A stretch of 64,000 nt of DNA from Planctomycetota bacterium (GCA_965223545.1 OZ245006.1:6624001-6688000); one strand, 5' to 3'; positions 28,597 through 38,885 are shown, counted from the stretch's first letter. Notes: generated by a model from the sequence alone, not told the origin. Numbers and translations are program-made.

Positions 28597-30339
28597 TTCG
28601 AGTTGGTCCCGCGCCCGGTCGCGCTGCAGGGCGGCGATCGCCGCGTACTGGCCGCCGCGGCGCAGCAGCTCTTCGTGCGTGCCGCGCTCGACGATGCGGC
28701 CACCGTCCAGCACCAGGATCTCGTCGGCGGCGGCGACCGCCGACAGTCGGTGGCTGGCGATGATGCGCGTCTGGGCCGGCCGGTGGATACGCAATCGGTC
28801 GAGGATCCTGGCCTCGGTGCGGTGGTCGACCGCCGACAGCGTGTCGTCGAGCACCAGCACCGGACGGTCGGCCGCGAGCGCGCGCGCCAGCGAGACGCGC
28901 TGCTTCTGTCCGCCCGACAGCGTCACTCCGCGTTCGCCGACGATGCTGTCGAGGCCCTGAGGGTAGGCGTCGAGGTCCTGGTCGACCGCGCTGGTGTGCA
29001 CCGCGGCGGCGACGGCCGCGGGGTCGCCGCCGCCGAACGCGATGTTGTCGCGCACGGCGTCGCCGAACAGGAACGGATCCTGCGGGGCGCAGGCGAATGC
29101 GCTGCGCACCGTGTCGCGCCGCAAGCGCAGCACGTCCTCGCCGTCGAGGAAGACAGTCCCCGGCGGCGGACGGTAGAGCAAGGTCAGCAGCGCCAACAGA
29201 GTCGACTTGCCGGAGCCGATGCTGCCGACCAAGCCCAGGGTCTGCCCCGGTTGCAGCCGAAGGTCGATTCCAGCCAATGCCGGCCGCGGGCTGTCGGGGT
29301 ACGTATACGACAGGTCGCGCACCTCGAGTGCGCCGCGAACGCGGAGCTCGAGCTCGCCGTCCTGTTCGGGTGTGGCTTGCAGCAGCTCGTCGATCCGCGC
29401 CGCGGCGGCGAACGCGCGCTGCACTACCGCCGCGATCCAGCTCGCTGCCAGCAGCGGCCAGACGACGATGCTGGTGAGGCCCAAGAACTGCACCAGCTCG
29501 CCGACGGTCAGCCGCCCCGCCATCGCTTCCCGGGCGCCGAAGACCAACACGGCAAGCACGACGAGCTCGCGGCTGGTGTGGATCAGCAGGTTGATCCACG
29601 CCCGCACGCGGGCGAGGCCGACGTTGTGGCCGAGATACGCATCGGCCAGCTGTCGCATCGCCTCGGCCTCGATCGGTGCGCGGCCGAAGGTCAGCAGCAC
29701 GCGCACTCCGCCGAAGTCCTCGGCGGCGCGCTGCGAGATCGCACCGATGGCTTCCTGGGCTGCGGTGCTGTGCCGGTGCAGGCGCGGCAACAAGATCGCG
29801 AGACCGCCGAGCAAGATGCCGAACGACAGCGTCGCGGCCAGGCAGACCGACGCCGACAGCGAGGCCATCAGGTAGATCGCGCCCGGCACGACGACCAGCG
29901 ACGCGCCGCCGTGCAGCAGCGCGGGGCCGACGACGAAGCGCACCAGCTCGACGTCTTGGGTGAAGCGGCTGATCACGTCGCCGGTGCGGGCGCGGTCGAA
30001 CCAGGTCGCCGGCAGCCGCAACAACCGGTGCATCAGCCGGTCCTTGAGCGTCGCCTCGGCGCCGCGCGATGCGTCGATCAACAGCCGCCGCGCAGTGTAG
30101 CGCAGTCCCGCCTCGGCGATCCCGCAGAGCCCCACGGCGGCCGCCAGCTCCAGCAGCGTGCGCCAGCGCGGCCCGATCGCCCCGTCCGACGCGGCCAGGT
30201 CGACGGCGTGTCCGACCAGCATCGGGATCGCCAGCAGCGCCGCCGCGGCGGCGGGCACGCAGACGAGGCCGAGCGCGACCCGCGCGCGGTGTGGTCGCAG
30301 TAAGGCCTGCGCCAGGCGGAACAGTGGGGGCACGGTCAC
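28594..30339 (-). CDS. ABC exporter, fused TMD-NBD (heterodimer half 1, degenerate Walker B)
   Basis: GSIGSGKS, LSGGQKQR, VLVLDDTLSAVD. Confidence 0.92.
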   Translation of the reverse strand: MTVPPLFRLAQALLRPHRARVALGLVCVPAAAAALLAIPMLVGHAVDLAASDGAIGPRWRTLLELAAAVGLCGIAEAGLRYTARRLLIDASRGAEATLKDRLMHRLLRLPATWFDRARTGDVISRFTQDVELVRFVVGPALLHGGASLVVVPGAIYLMASLSASVCLAATLSFGILLGGLAILLPRLHRHSTAAQEAIGAISQRAAEDFGGVRVLLTFGRAPIEAEAMRQLADAYLGHNVGLARVRAWINLLIHTSRELVVLAVLVFGAREAMAGRLTVGELVQFLGLTSIVVWPLLAASWIAAVVQRAFAAAARIDELLQATPEQDGELELRVRGALEVRDLSYTYPDSPRPALAGIDLRLQPGQTLGLVGSIGSGKSTLLALLTLLYRPPPGTVFLDGEDVLRLRRDTVRSAFACAPQDPFLFGDAVRDNIAFGGGDPAAVAAAVHTSAVDQDLDAYPQGLDSIVGERGVTLSGGQKQRVSLARALAADRPVLVLDDTLSAVDHRTEARILDRLRIHRPAQTRIIASHRLSAVAAADEILVLDGGRIVERGTHEELLRRGGQYAAIAALQRDRARDQLE

Positions 30340-30414
30340 CGTCTTGTTGTCGCGGTTCGGGCCGCCAAAGTCGACAGCGGCGGGGGGGCGCCGGCGCCGG
30401 CGCCACGGTGCGCG

Positions 30415-33156
30415 TCAGCCGCCGTTCACCTCGAGCCAGCGGCGCTTGGCGGCGGCCAGCGACGCATCGTCCAGCGTCGCCTCGATGGTCATTTCGTCGA
30501 TCTCGACCAGGTGGGGCGCGTGCAGCCAGAAGAACAGCATGCCCTGCTGTGGCAGCGTGGTCCCGCGCAGATTGCCTCGATCCTTGCGGCCGATGCGCGT
30601 GGTGAAGGTCTCCCCGGCGTGGTGGTACTCCACGGTGTAGGTGTCGCCGGCGACGAGCACGGGCCGGTCATCGGCATTGCGCACCGTTGCACCGCGCCGC
30701 GGCAAGACATTGCCGAAGAGGTCGATGCCGATGAAGTTGCCCTTGCCGTCATCGCACACGCCGGCGATGAAGGTGGTCTCACCGCCGAGCCGCAGCTGGA
30801 AGCGAACCTGGAAGGGTGCGGCGAACGGCAGCCGCAGACGCACGCACGTCGTGCCCAGGATCGACAGCGTGCCGGACTCCGCGGTGATGCTCGTGCTGAG
30901 CGGGTCCTCCCCGGCGAGGATCACGGTCCTGGGGTAGCCCTCGACCGCCTCGAAGTCTTCGCTTCCTCCGCCGGCGAAATCCCAGCGCAGCCGCACGCGG
31001 TCGCCATCGAGCCGTTCGACGTCCGCCGCCACGCCGAGGCAGCGCGGGTCGACGGGGTCGAAGGCGCGCGCCACCAGCGCGCGCTGCAGCTGCTTCAGTG
31101 GCTGCTCGCGCTCGGCCACCAGCGCGAGGTCGGCATGGCGCCTGCGCAAGCCGCTGACCTCGTCCACCAGCGCCATCGCCGCCGCGGCCTCCTCGGGCAG
31201 CGGCCCCGTGCTGAACTGCGCCAGGCTCTCCGCAACCGTGGCCAGCGTCCGATAGTGCCCGGCGGCCGCCAGGTCGTCCTTCAGCGCGCGGCTGTCGGCG
31301 TCGCCATCGCATCGGGCGGCGGCGGCCGCCGCGTCGCCATCCTGCAGGTACAGCAGGTAGGGCGGCAGCCAGTCGGGAGTCGGCTTCTTGGCGCGCTTGG
31401 CTTCGCGGACGAGGTCGTCGGCGTCGAAGTCGCGCAGCGACACCTGGTAGTCCCGTCCGCCGCGCTCGAGGTGGATCACGCCGTCTTCGATGCGCACCAC
31501 GTTGCCGCGCACCGGGCGCGCTTCGGTCTCCACCCGGATGAACTGGCCTTTGCTCAGGATCTCGCTGCGCAGCTGATACACCGTCTGTAAGCGGCGCAGG
31601 GCGCGCTGCACGCGGGCCTTGGCTTCGCCGTCGGGCGGCGCCAGCCTGCGCAGCCGCGTCGCCGCGGGTTGGAAGGCGCCGCGCCCCGCCTCGGCCAGAG
31701 CCAGCGCCAGCTCGGCTTCCCACTCGTGGTCCTTCAGCTGGAACGCGTCGAGGTCGGGCGGGACCACGTCCAGCGTGTCGTCGGCCGCATCGCCGGCGGT
31801 GGCCTCGGTGACCTCGCCGCCGTCCGCCGCTGGATCGTCCGGATCGCGCAGCGGACCGACGCTGCGCAGGGTCGGTGCCGATGGCAGCTCCTGATCCGGC
31901 CGCGCGGCGGTGTACTGCGCGCGCACGTAGGCGACGAACTCCCGGTCGAGGTCGGCCAGTGCGACGCCGCCGAGGGCCTCGGTGAACGCTGCGACGCCGT
32001 GCGCCCCGCGCTGCACGGCGCGCACGTACTCGCCGAAGCCGGCGCGGTACTTGCCCTGCAGGCCGTGGCGGAGGAAGTGCACGGCGACGCTTGCCTGGGC
32101 GTAGAACACCGCCAGCGCGGACTCGATGAACACCTTCGTGTCCGCCGGTCGGCCGCCCAACCGCGCCTGCGCGTAGCGAAACACGTTGGTGTAGCCCGGG
32201 CCCTCGATCGCGACGAGGTCGGCCATGCCGGCGACGTAGCCCACCGCCTTCGAGTGCATGACTTCGGCGAGCAGCGCGACTTGCTCGGCGTCGATCTTGT
32301 GCTCACCGAGCACCGCCGGCGTCGAGCCGTCCTGCACGGCCAGATAGTCGGCGAGTCCTTCGTTGAACCACACCGGCCGCGGCATCACGCCAGGACCGGA
32401 ATAGTGGCCCTTCTGCAGGGCGTGCACGGCCTCGTGCAGGATCGCGCGCAGGGCCTCGGCGTGCTCCTCGCGCACGAACGGGTCCTCGTAGGTGACCGAC
32501 AGCTCCTGCCGTGCGTCGAAGTGTGCCCGCGCCCAGCGCAGCGACTGGCTCGGCACCGCGCGCGAGAAGTTCTGGTAGCTGCCCTTGTCCGACAGGATGG
32601 CGATCGGGTAGCAGCGCACCGTGCCCTCGTGCGCCAGCTGCAACGGGCTGGCGAACTCGCGGACGAAGACCTGCTCCAGCGCGTTCAACCAGGGGTGGAA
32701 CTTCCGTTTCAGCCGGTCGTGGTAGCGCGGGTTGGTCTTGCGCGGCCGCTCGACGAAGAACGGAAACACCTCGTCCTCGCCGATGAGCTCGTAGTCGATC
32801 TCCTTGAAGAAGGGGTGCACCATGACCCGGTGCTCGATCCGGTAGAGCTGACGGGCCGCCGGATCGCTCTCGATGCGATCGACGCGCTTTGCGACGCGGT
32901 CGCGCTCGGCCTGCCATTGCGCCCGGAGTTGCGCCAGCTCCTCCGCGGTGACGCGCTCGCCGGCCCGCGCCTCGAATGGATCGAAGTCGTAGAGCCTGCT
33001 GTAGTCCCCGAAGTAGCACTGCTCGTAGTCCGCCAGCAGGGCGTGCGGGCTGAAGGGAACGCGGTCCTGCGCCGCGCACGGGCGGGCGAGCAGGGTGGCG
33101 GTGCAAACGGCCATTGCCGTCGAGACAAGGACGCCGGATCGATGGGGGTGCCGCAT
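30415..33156 (-). CDS. Large secreted protein with a gluzincin-like (peptidase MA/DUF1570-like) domain
   Basis: Signal peptide; ILHEAVHALQ...PVWFNEGLADY; remainder unassigned. Start uncertain. Confidence 0.72.
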   Translation of the reverse strand: MRHPHRSGVLVSTAMAVCTATLLARPCAAQDRVPFSPHALLADYEQCYFGDYSRLYDFDPFEARAGERVTAEELAQLRAQWQAERDRVAKRVDRIESDPAARQLYRIEHRVMVHPFFKEIDYELIGEDEVFPFFVERPRKTNPRYHDRLKRKFHPWLNALEQVFVREFASPLQLAHEGTVRCYPIAILSDKGSYQNFSRAVPSQSLRWARAHFDARQELSVTYEDPFVREEHAEALRAILHEAVHALQKGHYSGPGVMPRPVWFNEGLADYLAVQDGSTPAVLGEHKIDAEQVALLAEVMHSKAVGYVAGMADLVAIEGPGYTNVFRYAQARLGGRPADTKVFIESALAVFYAQASVAVHFLRHGLQGKYRAGFGEYVRAVQRGAHGVAAFTEALGGVALADLDREFVAYVRAQYTAARPDQELPSAPTLRSVGPLRDPDDPAADGGEVTEATAGDAADDTLDVVPPDLDAFQLKDHEWEAELALALAEAGRGAFQPAATRLRRLAPPDGEAKARVQRALRRLQTVYQLRSEILSKGQFIRVETEARPVRGNVVRIEDGVIHLERGGRDYQVSLRDFDADDLVREAKRAKKPTPDWLPPYLLYLQDGDAAAAAARCDGDADSRALKDDLAAAGHYRTLATVAESLAQFSTGPLPEEAAAAMALVDEVSGLRRRHADLALVAEREQPLKQLQRALVARAFDPVDPRCLGVAADVERLDGDRVRLRWDFAGGGSEDFEAVEGYPRTVILAGEDPLSTSITAESGTLSILGTTCVRLRLPFAAPFQVRFQLRLGGETTFIAGVCDDGKGNFIGIDLFGNVLPRRGATVRNADDRPVLVAGDTYTVEYHHAGETFTTRIGRKDRGNLRGTTLPQQGMLFFWLHAPHLVEIDEMTIEATLDDASLAAAKRRWLEVNGG

Positions 33157-33343
33157 GCCGGGGCTCGGGAATCTCCTGATCAGGAGGTTTAGCACAGCCG
33201 GTCCCGGGCGACAATCACGGCGACCGCGCGGTGGTTTCTGCGCGGCGTGCCGGCGCGCCGGTGCGGTTTGGCGCGTAGGCTTCTGCGCGCGGATCGTCCT
33301 TTGGGCACCGAAGCCCCCAGGCCCAGAACCCCCGTCCTCCTCG

Positions 33344-34537
33344 ATGCCCGATCGCAGCGCGATCATCACCTATCCCTTTCCCATCGGCCGGGCGACCGGT
33401 GGTGCGCGGATGACGCGCGAGATCGCCGCCGGCCTCGGCCGTGCGGGGGTGCGCGTGCGCATCGTCACGGTGTCGTCGGATCTGTCGGCGGGGCGGCCGC
33501 GCCGGGCCGCCGCCGCCGAGCACCTGGGCCACGAGTTCGACGAAGAGCTCGCCGCGGTCGGGGTCACGGTGCACCGCGTCGATCCCCACCGCTGGCACTG
33601 GCTGTTGGACGGGCTGCCGGTCAAGCGCGCGGTCGTGCGGCTGTTGCGCGAAGAGCCCGCTGACATCGTGCTGAGCTACCACCACGAGGGCGCGTTCTTG
33701 GTCAAGGTGTGCGCGGAGGCCGGGGCCCGGCGCGGCATCATCGCGACCTGGCAATCGTATGCCGCCTTTCTCGACGCCAAGCTGGCGCCGGGACCGCTCG
33801 ACGGAATGGCCAACGAGCGCCTGATCCGGCGGCCGTTTCGCTCGGCGGACGTCCTGTTCGCGACCTCGCGCTACACCCGGGGGGAGCTGGTCGACGCGGT
33901 CGGAGTTGCGCCAGAACGCGTGCGGCTGATGCCGCTCGGCGTGCGGGAGGACTTCTTCTCCATCCCGCGCGAGCGCGAGGATCGCATCGAGCGCCTGCTG
34001 TTCTTCGGTCGGGTGATCGAGTCCAAAGGCGTGTTCGACCTGCTCGAGGCGCTGGCGCGCGTGCAGCGAGACGGCGTGGACCACTGGACCCTTCGGGTCG
34101 TCGGCTTGGGTCGGCACGAGGCGGTCCGCGACGCCGCCCGCCGCCTCGGCATCGCCGACCGGGTCGAGGTGCGCGACGCGGTCGACGACCAGGGCCTGCG
34201 CCACGAGCTCGAGCGTGCCCAGCTGGTGGCGTTGCCCAGCCACTTCGAGGCGTTCGGGCTGGCGTTCGCCGAGGCGCAGGCGGCGGCGTTGCCAGTGGTC
34301 GCCTACCGCGCCGGGTCGGTGCCGGAGGTCGTGCAGGACGGGACCACGGGCTGGCTGGCGCCGTTGCGAGACATCGATGGCTTGACGGCGTGCCTGCAGC
34401 AAGCGCTGACCGATGCCGCGGCGACGCAGGCGGCCGGGCGGGCGGCGCGGGAGCGAATGCAGCGCGAGTTCACTTGGCAGCGCACGGCGACGGTCGTCCT
34501 CGACGGCATCGAGGCGGTGTGCGGAGTGTCGGTATGA
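33344..34537 (+). CDS. Glycosyltransferase family 4
   Basis: LLFFGRVIESKGV, LPSHFEAFGLAFAEAQAAALPVV, GSVPEVVQDG. Confidence 0.92.
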   Translation: MPDRSAIITYPFPIGRATGGARMTREIAAGLGRAGVRVRIVTVSSDLSAGRPRRAAAAEHLGHEFDEELAAVGVTVHRVDPHRWHWLLDGLPVKRAVVRLLREEPADIVLSYHHEGAFLVKVCAEAGARRGIIATWQSYAAFLDAKLAPGPLDGMANERLIRRPFRSADVLFATSRYTRGELVDAVGVAPERVRLMPLGVREDFFSIPREREDRIERLLFFGRVIESKGVFDLLEALARVQRDGVDHWTLRVVGLGRHEAVRDAARRLGIADRVEVRDAVDDQGLRHELERAQLVALPSHFEAFGLAFAEAQAAALPVVAYRAGSVPEVVQDGTTGWLAPLRDIDGLTACLQQALTDAAATQAAGRAARERMQREFTWQRTATVVLDGIEAVCGVSV

Positions 34538-35115
34538 AGGTCTTCGGCACCGGCTTCCAGCGCACCGGCACGACTTCGCTGGCGCGCGCCCTGCGCGCCC
34601 TCGGCATCGCCACGCGCGACTGTCCGGCCGAGCTCTGGCGCGATCTCGACGACGACTGCATCCGGCGGCACGATGGCTTCACCGACAACCCGATCCCGCT
34701 GGTCTACCGCGAGCTCGACGCGCGCCACCCGGGCGCCAAGTTCGTCCACACCGAGCGCGATGAAGAGGCCTGGCTGAAGAGCGTGGAGTGGCTGTTCACG
34801 GTGGGGGCGGTCAAGTTCCGCTGGGACAGCAATCCCCACTTCCACGAGTTCCACCAAGCGCTCTACGGCACCACGCGGTTCGAACCCGAGGTGTTCCGGC
34901 AGCGGTATCGCCGGCACAACCTCGAGGTGCGGGAGTACTTCGCGGCGCGGCCCGATGACTTGTTGGTGATGGACATCTCCCGCGGCCAGGGCTTCGAACT
35001 GCTGTGTCCGTTCTTGGGCGTGCCGATCCCGGCGGAGCCCTTTCCCCACGGCAACCAGCGCGAACCGGCGTGGCGCGTCCGGCTGCGGCGCCTGCGGTCG
35101 CGGATCGGTCTGTGA
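34534..35115 (+). CDS. Sulfotransferase-family / P-loop protein
   Basis: KVFGTGFQRTGTTSLARAL, HPGAKFVHTERDEEAWLKS, LCPFLGVPIPAEPFPHGN; ATGA overlap with GT4. Confidence 0.85.
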   Translation: MKVFGTGFQRTGTTSLARALRALGIATRDCPAELWRDLDDDCIRRHDGFTDNPIPLVYRELDARHPGAKFVHTERDEEAWLKSVEWLFTVGAVKFRWDSNPHFHEFHQALYGTTRFEPEVFRQRYRRHNLEVREYFAARPDDLLVMDISRGQGFELLCPFLGVPIPAEPFPHGNQREPAWRVRLRRLRSRIGL

Positions 35116-35274
35116 AAGGTCGTTGCACCGAACCTCGTGGCGTACCCGTGCTTTTCTGGTCGAGGGGCGCGCCTGGCGCAGCGACTATCGGCCCGCTCAA
35201 GTGACCTTGACACCGCGCCCGAGCCAGGTCACGGTGAAGTGTGTCCGCAGACCGTGAGAATGGAGCCGAGGTAG

Positions 35275-36750
35275 ATGGAGGGTTTTCGACTGCCCAAGCT
35301 CACCGCGATCGCCGGGGCGGCCGTTGTTCTAGGTCTCACCTCATGCGCAGGAGTGAAGACGATGCTCGACGCAAGCACCGTTGCCGAAGTCGTCAACGCG
35401 ATGAACCGGGTCGGTTTGATGGTCGACCAACGTCAATGGGAATCTCTCGAGACCGAGGCTTTCGCGGATCGCGTCCACGTCGACTACACGTCGCTTGTCG
35501 GTGGGGACCCCCAGGACAACATCTCTCCGGCCGACCTGATCGCCGGCTGGCGAGCCGCTCTCGGGCCGCTCAAGTCCACCCAGCATCTCGTCGGGAGCCA
35601 TCGCGTCACCTTCGATGACGCCGGCGAGGCGATGGTCTTCAGCACGTTTATCGCCACTCACGTCGCGCACCAAGCTCCTGGCGGCACCATGTGGACTCTG
35701 GGCGGCGACTACGAGCACCGCTTGCGCAGAATCGAGGGTCAGTGGCGGGTCACCTCCATCAAGATGATGGCGAAGTGGTCCACCGGGAACGATGCGCTGT
35801 TGCAGGAGGTCGGAGGGCTGGCGGCAGCGACGGCTCCGAGCCGTCTAAACCTGCAGAATACGCCGGCTCGCGAAGGGGTCGAACGCCTCGACGTCACGTT
35901 CAAGAGCGGTGCGGCCACACTCGTCGGTCACCTCTACCGGCCGAGGGGTTCCAGCGGGCCTCTCCAGGCGGTCATCGTCACCGGCGCGTGGACGTCCGTG
36001 AAGGAGCAGATGTCCGGCACCTACGCCCGCGAGCTCGCAGCGCGAGGCTTTGCAGCGCTGGCCTTCGACTTCGCTGGCTGGGGCCAATCCGAGGGCGATC
36101 ACCGTTTCGAAGAAGACCCCGCTCGCAAGACCGCCGACATCCTCGCCGCGGCGGACTTCATGACCGGCCGTGATGACATCGATCCGAAGAACATCTCTGG
36201 CCTCGGCATTTGCGCCTCCTCGGGGTACATGGCCGAAGCCGTCTCCAAGAGCGATAAGCTGAGGAAGCTGGCCCTCGTCGCGGCCTGGCTCCACGACGAG
36301 GAGCTCGTCGAGCAGGTCTACGGCGGAGCCGAGACGGTCAAGAGCCTCGTCGAGGCCAGCCGCGCCGCAGAGAAGGAGGCCCAGCCGCTTGTTCTCGTCG
36401 CCGCGAGTACGACTGACAACACCTCGCCGATGTTTCAGGCGCCGTACTACACCGAGTCCGATCGCGGTCTCATCCCCGAGTACGACAACAAGTTCAGTAT
36501 CACTACCTGGGAGCCCTGGCTTAGCTACGACGGCTTGGCCTCCGCCGCCTCGCTCACCAAGCCCGTGCTCATGGTGTGCTCTGATGCTGCGGCTTTGCCT
36601 GCGGGCGCCCGCCGCTACACCGAACGCACGAAGGCACCCGTGACCGAGCTCTGGCTCGATGACGTCTACCAGTTTGACTTCTATGATCGCGAGGACGTCG
36701 TCCTGAAGGTCTCCGACGCGATCGCGGCTCACCTGTCGAAGCCCGAGTGA
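35275..36750 (+). CDS. SnoaL-like domain + alpha/beta hydrolase fusion, possible lipoprotein
   Basis: LTSC lipobox-like; VHVDYTSL, TQHLVG, WRVTSI (SnoaL_4-like); GAWTSVKEQM, FDFAGWGQSEG, GICASSGY (hydrolase). Confidence 0.82.
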   Translation: MEGFRLPKLTAIAGAAVVLGLTSCAGVKTMLDASTVAEVVNAMNRVGLMVDQRQWESLETEAFADRVHVDYTSLVGGDPQDNISPADLIAGWRAALGPLKSTQHLVGSHRVTFDDAGEAMVFSTFIATHVAHQAPGGTMWTLGGDYEHRLRRIEGQWRVTSIKMMAKWSTGNDALLQEVGGLAAATAPSRLNLQNTPAREGVERLDVTFKSGAATLVGHLYRPRGSSGPLQAVIVTGAWTSVKEQMSGTYARELAARGFAALAFDFAGWGQSEGDHRFEEDPARKTADILAAADFMTGRDDIDPKNISGLGICASSGYMAEAVSKSDKLRKLALVAAWLHDEELVEQVYGGAETVKSLVEASRAAEKEAQPLVLVAASTTDNTSPMFQAPYYTESDRGLIPEYDNKFSITTWEPWLSYDGLASAASLTKPVLMVCSDAAALPAGARRYTERTKAPVTELWLDDVYQFDFYDREDVVLKVSDAIAAHLSKPE

Positions 36751-37112
36751 TTCCGCGAGCACTCAAGAGGTGCATCAGCACCGGCTACCGGCACCCTCGG
36801 CCGGATGCTCCGGTCGCTCGACGACCGAACCTAGCGGCGTGACTCAGACAGATGGGGATCATCCGAGAGGCGGCCGCGGATGGCCTCGGAGAATGGCGCA
36901 GATTTCTGATTCACACCACTAGACTAAGACTAGAGGGGGAGCTTTGCGGGTCTCAGTCCTGTGGAGCCACGCTGCAGAAGCTCGCCGCTCCCGTCGCGCG
37001 CACATCGTCAAGAGAGCCAAGAAGAGGGCCGCCGATAATATTTGTCCGGTCCACCCTCGACGCCGGTCGATGCGGTCGCTAACCTCTCGGCCCCTCATTT
37101 TCGACTCGCCGT

Positions 37113-37343
37113 ATGGAATCGACCCTCCCTCAGCAGCTGGTCCGCCAGGTCGGTGGCTCCTTCCGGCTCACCGCTCTGTTGCAAAAGCGCGTGCGTGAGC
37201 TGGTGCGTGGCCAGCGCCCGCTGTTCGAGACGCGCGAACGCAACTACATCCGGATCGCGGCCGAGGAGCTGCAGCGCGGCCTGATCGAGCTGGCGCCCGA
37301 GGAAGAGGGCGACGCCGAGGCGGCGGAGACGCCGTCCGCCTGA
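37113..37343 (+). CDS. rpoZ: RNA polymerase omega subunit
   Basis: LVRQVGGSFRLTALLQKRVREL...IAAEELQRGLI fits the omega pattern; acidic tail. Confidence 0.8.
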   Translation: MESTLPQQLVRQVGGSFRLTALLQKRVRELVRGQRPLFETRERNYIRIAAEELQRGLIELAPEEEGDAEAAETPSA

Positions 37344-37501
37344 GCCCGTCCGGCTGAGTCCGTCCGCCTGGGGCCCGTCCGCCGGAGCCCCGGCGGCGCG
37401 GCCCGGCCGCGTCGCGATTTGAGACAGCCCGCCACCGGGTTGCCGGCGCACTCGAGGTCTGCCGCGGCGATGCCGATAGGGACGTCGGAGGACTGCCGTT
37501 C

Positions 37502-38281
37502 ATGAACCGACCCCTCGCCGCCGCCATCGTCGCGGCCTCGATCAGCGTCTGCGCTCCCGCGCAGAACGAGGTGCTGCGCGAAGAGATCCGCTCGCGCATC
37601 CACGAGATGCGCAACGCCATCAAGGAGGGCGTGCCGGTGGTCACCAACGTGCGCGTCAAAGTGCGGCTGCGCAACCGGCACAAGATCCAGGGCGTGGTCA
37701 AGCAGGGCCGCTTCATCGAGAAGCTCAGCCGCCTCGACTTCGCCCCGGCCGACACGCAGACCGCCGGCGCCGGCATCCGCATCTGGTACTACAACAAGAC
37801 CAACAGCTACGTCTTCCTGCCCTTCGAGGCGATCGAGTCGTACCGCATCGGCGAACGGCTGACCGACGAAGAGGTGCAGCGCATCGAGGCGGAGATCGAG
37901 GCCGAGCGCGAGCGGTCGGCGAGCGCGCGGGCGCAGCTGCTGGCGGAGCGCGCGGCGCAGGTTAACGCGGAGCAAGCGCCTGAGAGCAGCGAGAAGCCGC
38001 CGACCGGGGAGCACCCCGCCGAGGGCGAGGAGGCCGCGGAGGCCGCGGGCGATGCCGCGCTGCTGGCCCTGCTCGACGAGTACCCACCCACGGCGGGCTG
38101 GGGCCAGGACCGCATGCACGAGATCCAGATGCGCAAGATCACCGTCGGTGTCTACCCCGACGAGAAGAGCCGCCGCTTCGTCGAGGTGTTCTCCGACTGG
38201 CAGAAGGCGATGCAGCTGAAGAAGCAGCGCGAAGCCGAAGAGGCGCCGCCGCCCGCGCCGCAGCCGCCGGCCGGCAAGTAG
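37502..38281 (+). CDS. Secreted hypothetical protein
   Basis: GGAGG RBS, signal peptide, strong GC3 codon bias, no family motif recognised. Confidence 0.75.
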   Translation: MNRPLAAAIVAASISVCAPAQNEVLREEIRSRIHEMRNAIKEGVPVVTNVRVKVRLRNRHKIQGVVKQGRFIEKLSRLDFAPADTQTAGAGIRIWYYNKTNSYVFLPFEAIESYRIGERLTDEEVQRIEAEIEAERERSASARAQLLAERAAQVNAEQAPESSEKPPTGEHPAEGEEAAEAAGDAALLALLDEYPPTAGWGQDRMHEIQMRKITVGVYPDEKSRRFVEVFSDWQKAMQLKKQREAEEAPPPAPQPPAGK

Positions 38282-38399
38282 CGCCTAGGTTCGCATGGAG
38301 AGTCGGCGCCCCTGGACGCCGCTCGCTGCGCTGCGCCTCCTCGTGTTGCCGATCACTCGGCCCCGGAGGCCTTCCGTCTCACGGTTGCCGTGGCGTACC

Positions 38400-38885
38400 A
38401 TGAGCTCGAGCATTGCCCTGCCGGTGCAAGAGGAGGCGCCGTTGAGTAGCGAGGTCACGATTCGACAGGCTCTGGGGCCCGACTTCGACGCCATCGCGTC
38501 TCTCGAGCCGATCGCCCGGGACGATCCTCGATGGGCGGCCTTCGTGCGGACCGCGATCGCCCGGGAAGAGTGCTTCGTGGCCACGAGAGGCGACTCGGTG
38601 CTGGGCTGCGCGATCCTGGACTACTCCTTCTTCACGAACGGCTTCATTCCTCTCGTGAGCGTCGATGCGGAATCGCGGCGCCAGGGCATCGCGACCGCCT
38701 TGATCCGGTACCTCGAGACGCACTGCCGGACCCCGAAGCTGTTCACATCCACCAACGTGTCCAACTCCGGAATGCAGGAACTGCTGCGCAAGCTCGGGTT
38801 CGTGGCCACGGGATTCGTGGACAACCTCGATCCCGGTGACCCGGAGCTGGTGTTCTTCAAGGTCGCGAAGTCCGCTCGCGGGTGA
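38400..38885 (+). CDS. GNAT family N-acetyltransferase
   Basis: VSVDAESRRQGIATALI, STNVSNSGMQELLRKLGF; start may be TTG near 38442. Confidence 0.88.
   Translation: MSSSIALPVQEEAPLSSEVTIRQALGPDFDAIASLEPIARDDPRWAAFVRTAIAREECFVATRGDSVLGCAILDYSFFTNGFIPLVSVDAESRRQGIATALIRYLETHCRTPKLFTSTNVSNSGMQELLRKLGFVATGFVDNLDPGDPELVFFKVAKSARG

Noticed and set aside
28401..28703. N-terminal extension of the second ABC gene (690-aa ORF)
   Set aside because: It overlaps the upstream gene and the repeat; the conserved region begins after ATG 28400.
36751..37112. ncRNA or small gene upstream of rpoZ
   Set aside because: Only weak ORFs and a short AGACTA repeat; no recognisable structure or family.
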